Source: Phoronis australis
Taxonomy: Eukaryota > Animalia > Phoronida
Direction: 5' to 3'
Length of the DNA stretch: 64,000 nucleotides
Assembly (NCBI GenBank): GCA_002633005.1
Contig: NMRA01000007.1
Span: 304,465 to 368,464 of the forward strand
Made by a program: the position numbers and the translations under genes. Of this stretch, positions 63,203 to 64,000 are shown piece after piece (the stretch's first letter is position 1; every line of letters starts with the position of its first letter). Below the pieces are notes generated by a model. The model was not told the DNA's origin. It was given only the letters and a program-made list of their open reading frames with translations, and ran no database searches.

Positions 63203-64000
63203 CATGCGCCAGTACCGACTCGAGTTTAAAAAATGGGGTACTCGAATTTTTGAGAAAGAATGTGGACCTCAATTACTAAAATTCACGGAGTATGTTCTTC
63301 ATAGCTACATAATTGTGCATTCGCCCAATTTTGGTAGTTCAACAGGGCCTGTCCAGTGCCGGCGACTTTTGTCTCAGTGGTTTTCTACATATTTGGAGTT
63401 TTGTTTTTTGTTTCTCTGATCAGGTGTACCTTTTTGCCCACTTCATCAAATGGGAGGCTCATGCAGTCGTTCGAGCCCCGAGTCCGGCTCTCTGGGTGCA
63501 CGCATGTCTCAGTGTTCATTTCTTAGTTCATCCTTTATAAGTTTTTATCGGAAGCTTTGATCCTCGATCCGTCTGCGTTGTAATCCTGCATCCGGCGATA
63601 TAGTTAATTGTTCTATTCTATTCTCTGGTGATTGGAGCCGGTCAGGGAGTCGCACTCATAACCAAAAAGTGACAAGCTACCACACTAGCCGGTACACAAG
63701 AACTCTGAGTTTAGCCACCAATTCAATCACGCCAGGACAGAGCGCTGACTAATACATGCGCCCGTGGTCTATGGGCGGTATACCACAGGGGGGCTGGAGA
63801 GTGGGGGGCTATTGCCCCCCACTTTTTTCAGTGCTGCTCCGGCCGGCCATGCAATATATTGACCGGTGAAAAATCCCGGCTGGCTGGCTTCACCTTTGCC
63901 GCTGGAAGAACCGACAATTAACAATCGACAAGACTTCAGCGGCAATGAAACCGATTCCACCTTTGATTCACGTCGGGTCTAAAACCCCAAGTTTTGCTTT

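Noticed and set aside
63630-63712. tRNA-like sequence on the minus strand (…GAGTGCGACTCCCTGACCGGCTCCA)
   Set aside because: The T-loop is non-consensus and there is no coherent D or anticodon arm; at most a decayed SINE remnant.

Overview
This is AT-rich eukaryotic genomic DNA from an invertebrate animal (species not determinable from sequence), with GT-AG introns, so most ORF-track entries are spurious or are single exons. I hand-assembled four complete multi-exon genes with consistent splice phases: PRDX5 (+, 4688-8858, 5 exons, ~182 aa), AMPK beta subunit PRKAB (-, 13203-19197, 7 exons, ~289 aa), TECPR2 (+, 21204-41146, 16 coding exons, ~1529 aa) and SRF (-, 46840-62242, 8 exons, ~412 aa). 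The arrangement is -> <- -> <-, with a shared PRKAB/TECPR2 divergent promoter. Introns carry many MITEs (9-bp, TTA, TA and 5-bp target-site duplications) and short tandem repeats. Two duplications flanking single Ns are probably assembly or haplotype artefacts. Main observations: (1) both TECPR2 and SRF have tandem arrays whose first unit is the gene's own last codons plus stop, and in TECPR2 the LIR motif WELL-stop is copied ~8 times; (2) the PRDX5 resolving Cys appears shifted by 3 residues and the peroxisomal PTS1 is absent; (3) a triple CArG cluster lies upstream of SRF; (4) CLEAR/M-box sites sit in the AMPKb-TECPR2 promoter; (5) several CA..TG MITEs with 5-bp TSDs cluster around SRF. I found no CRISPR array, rRNA or convincing tRNA.
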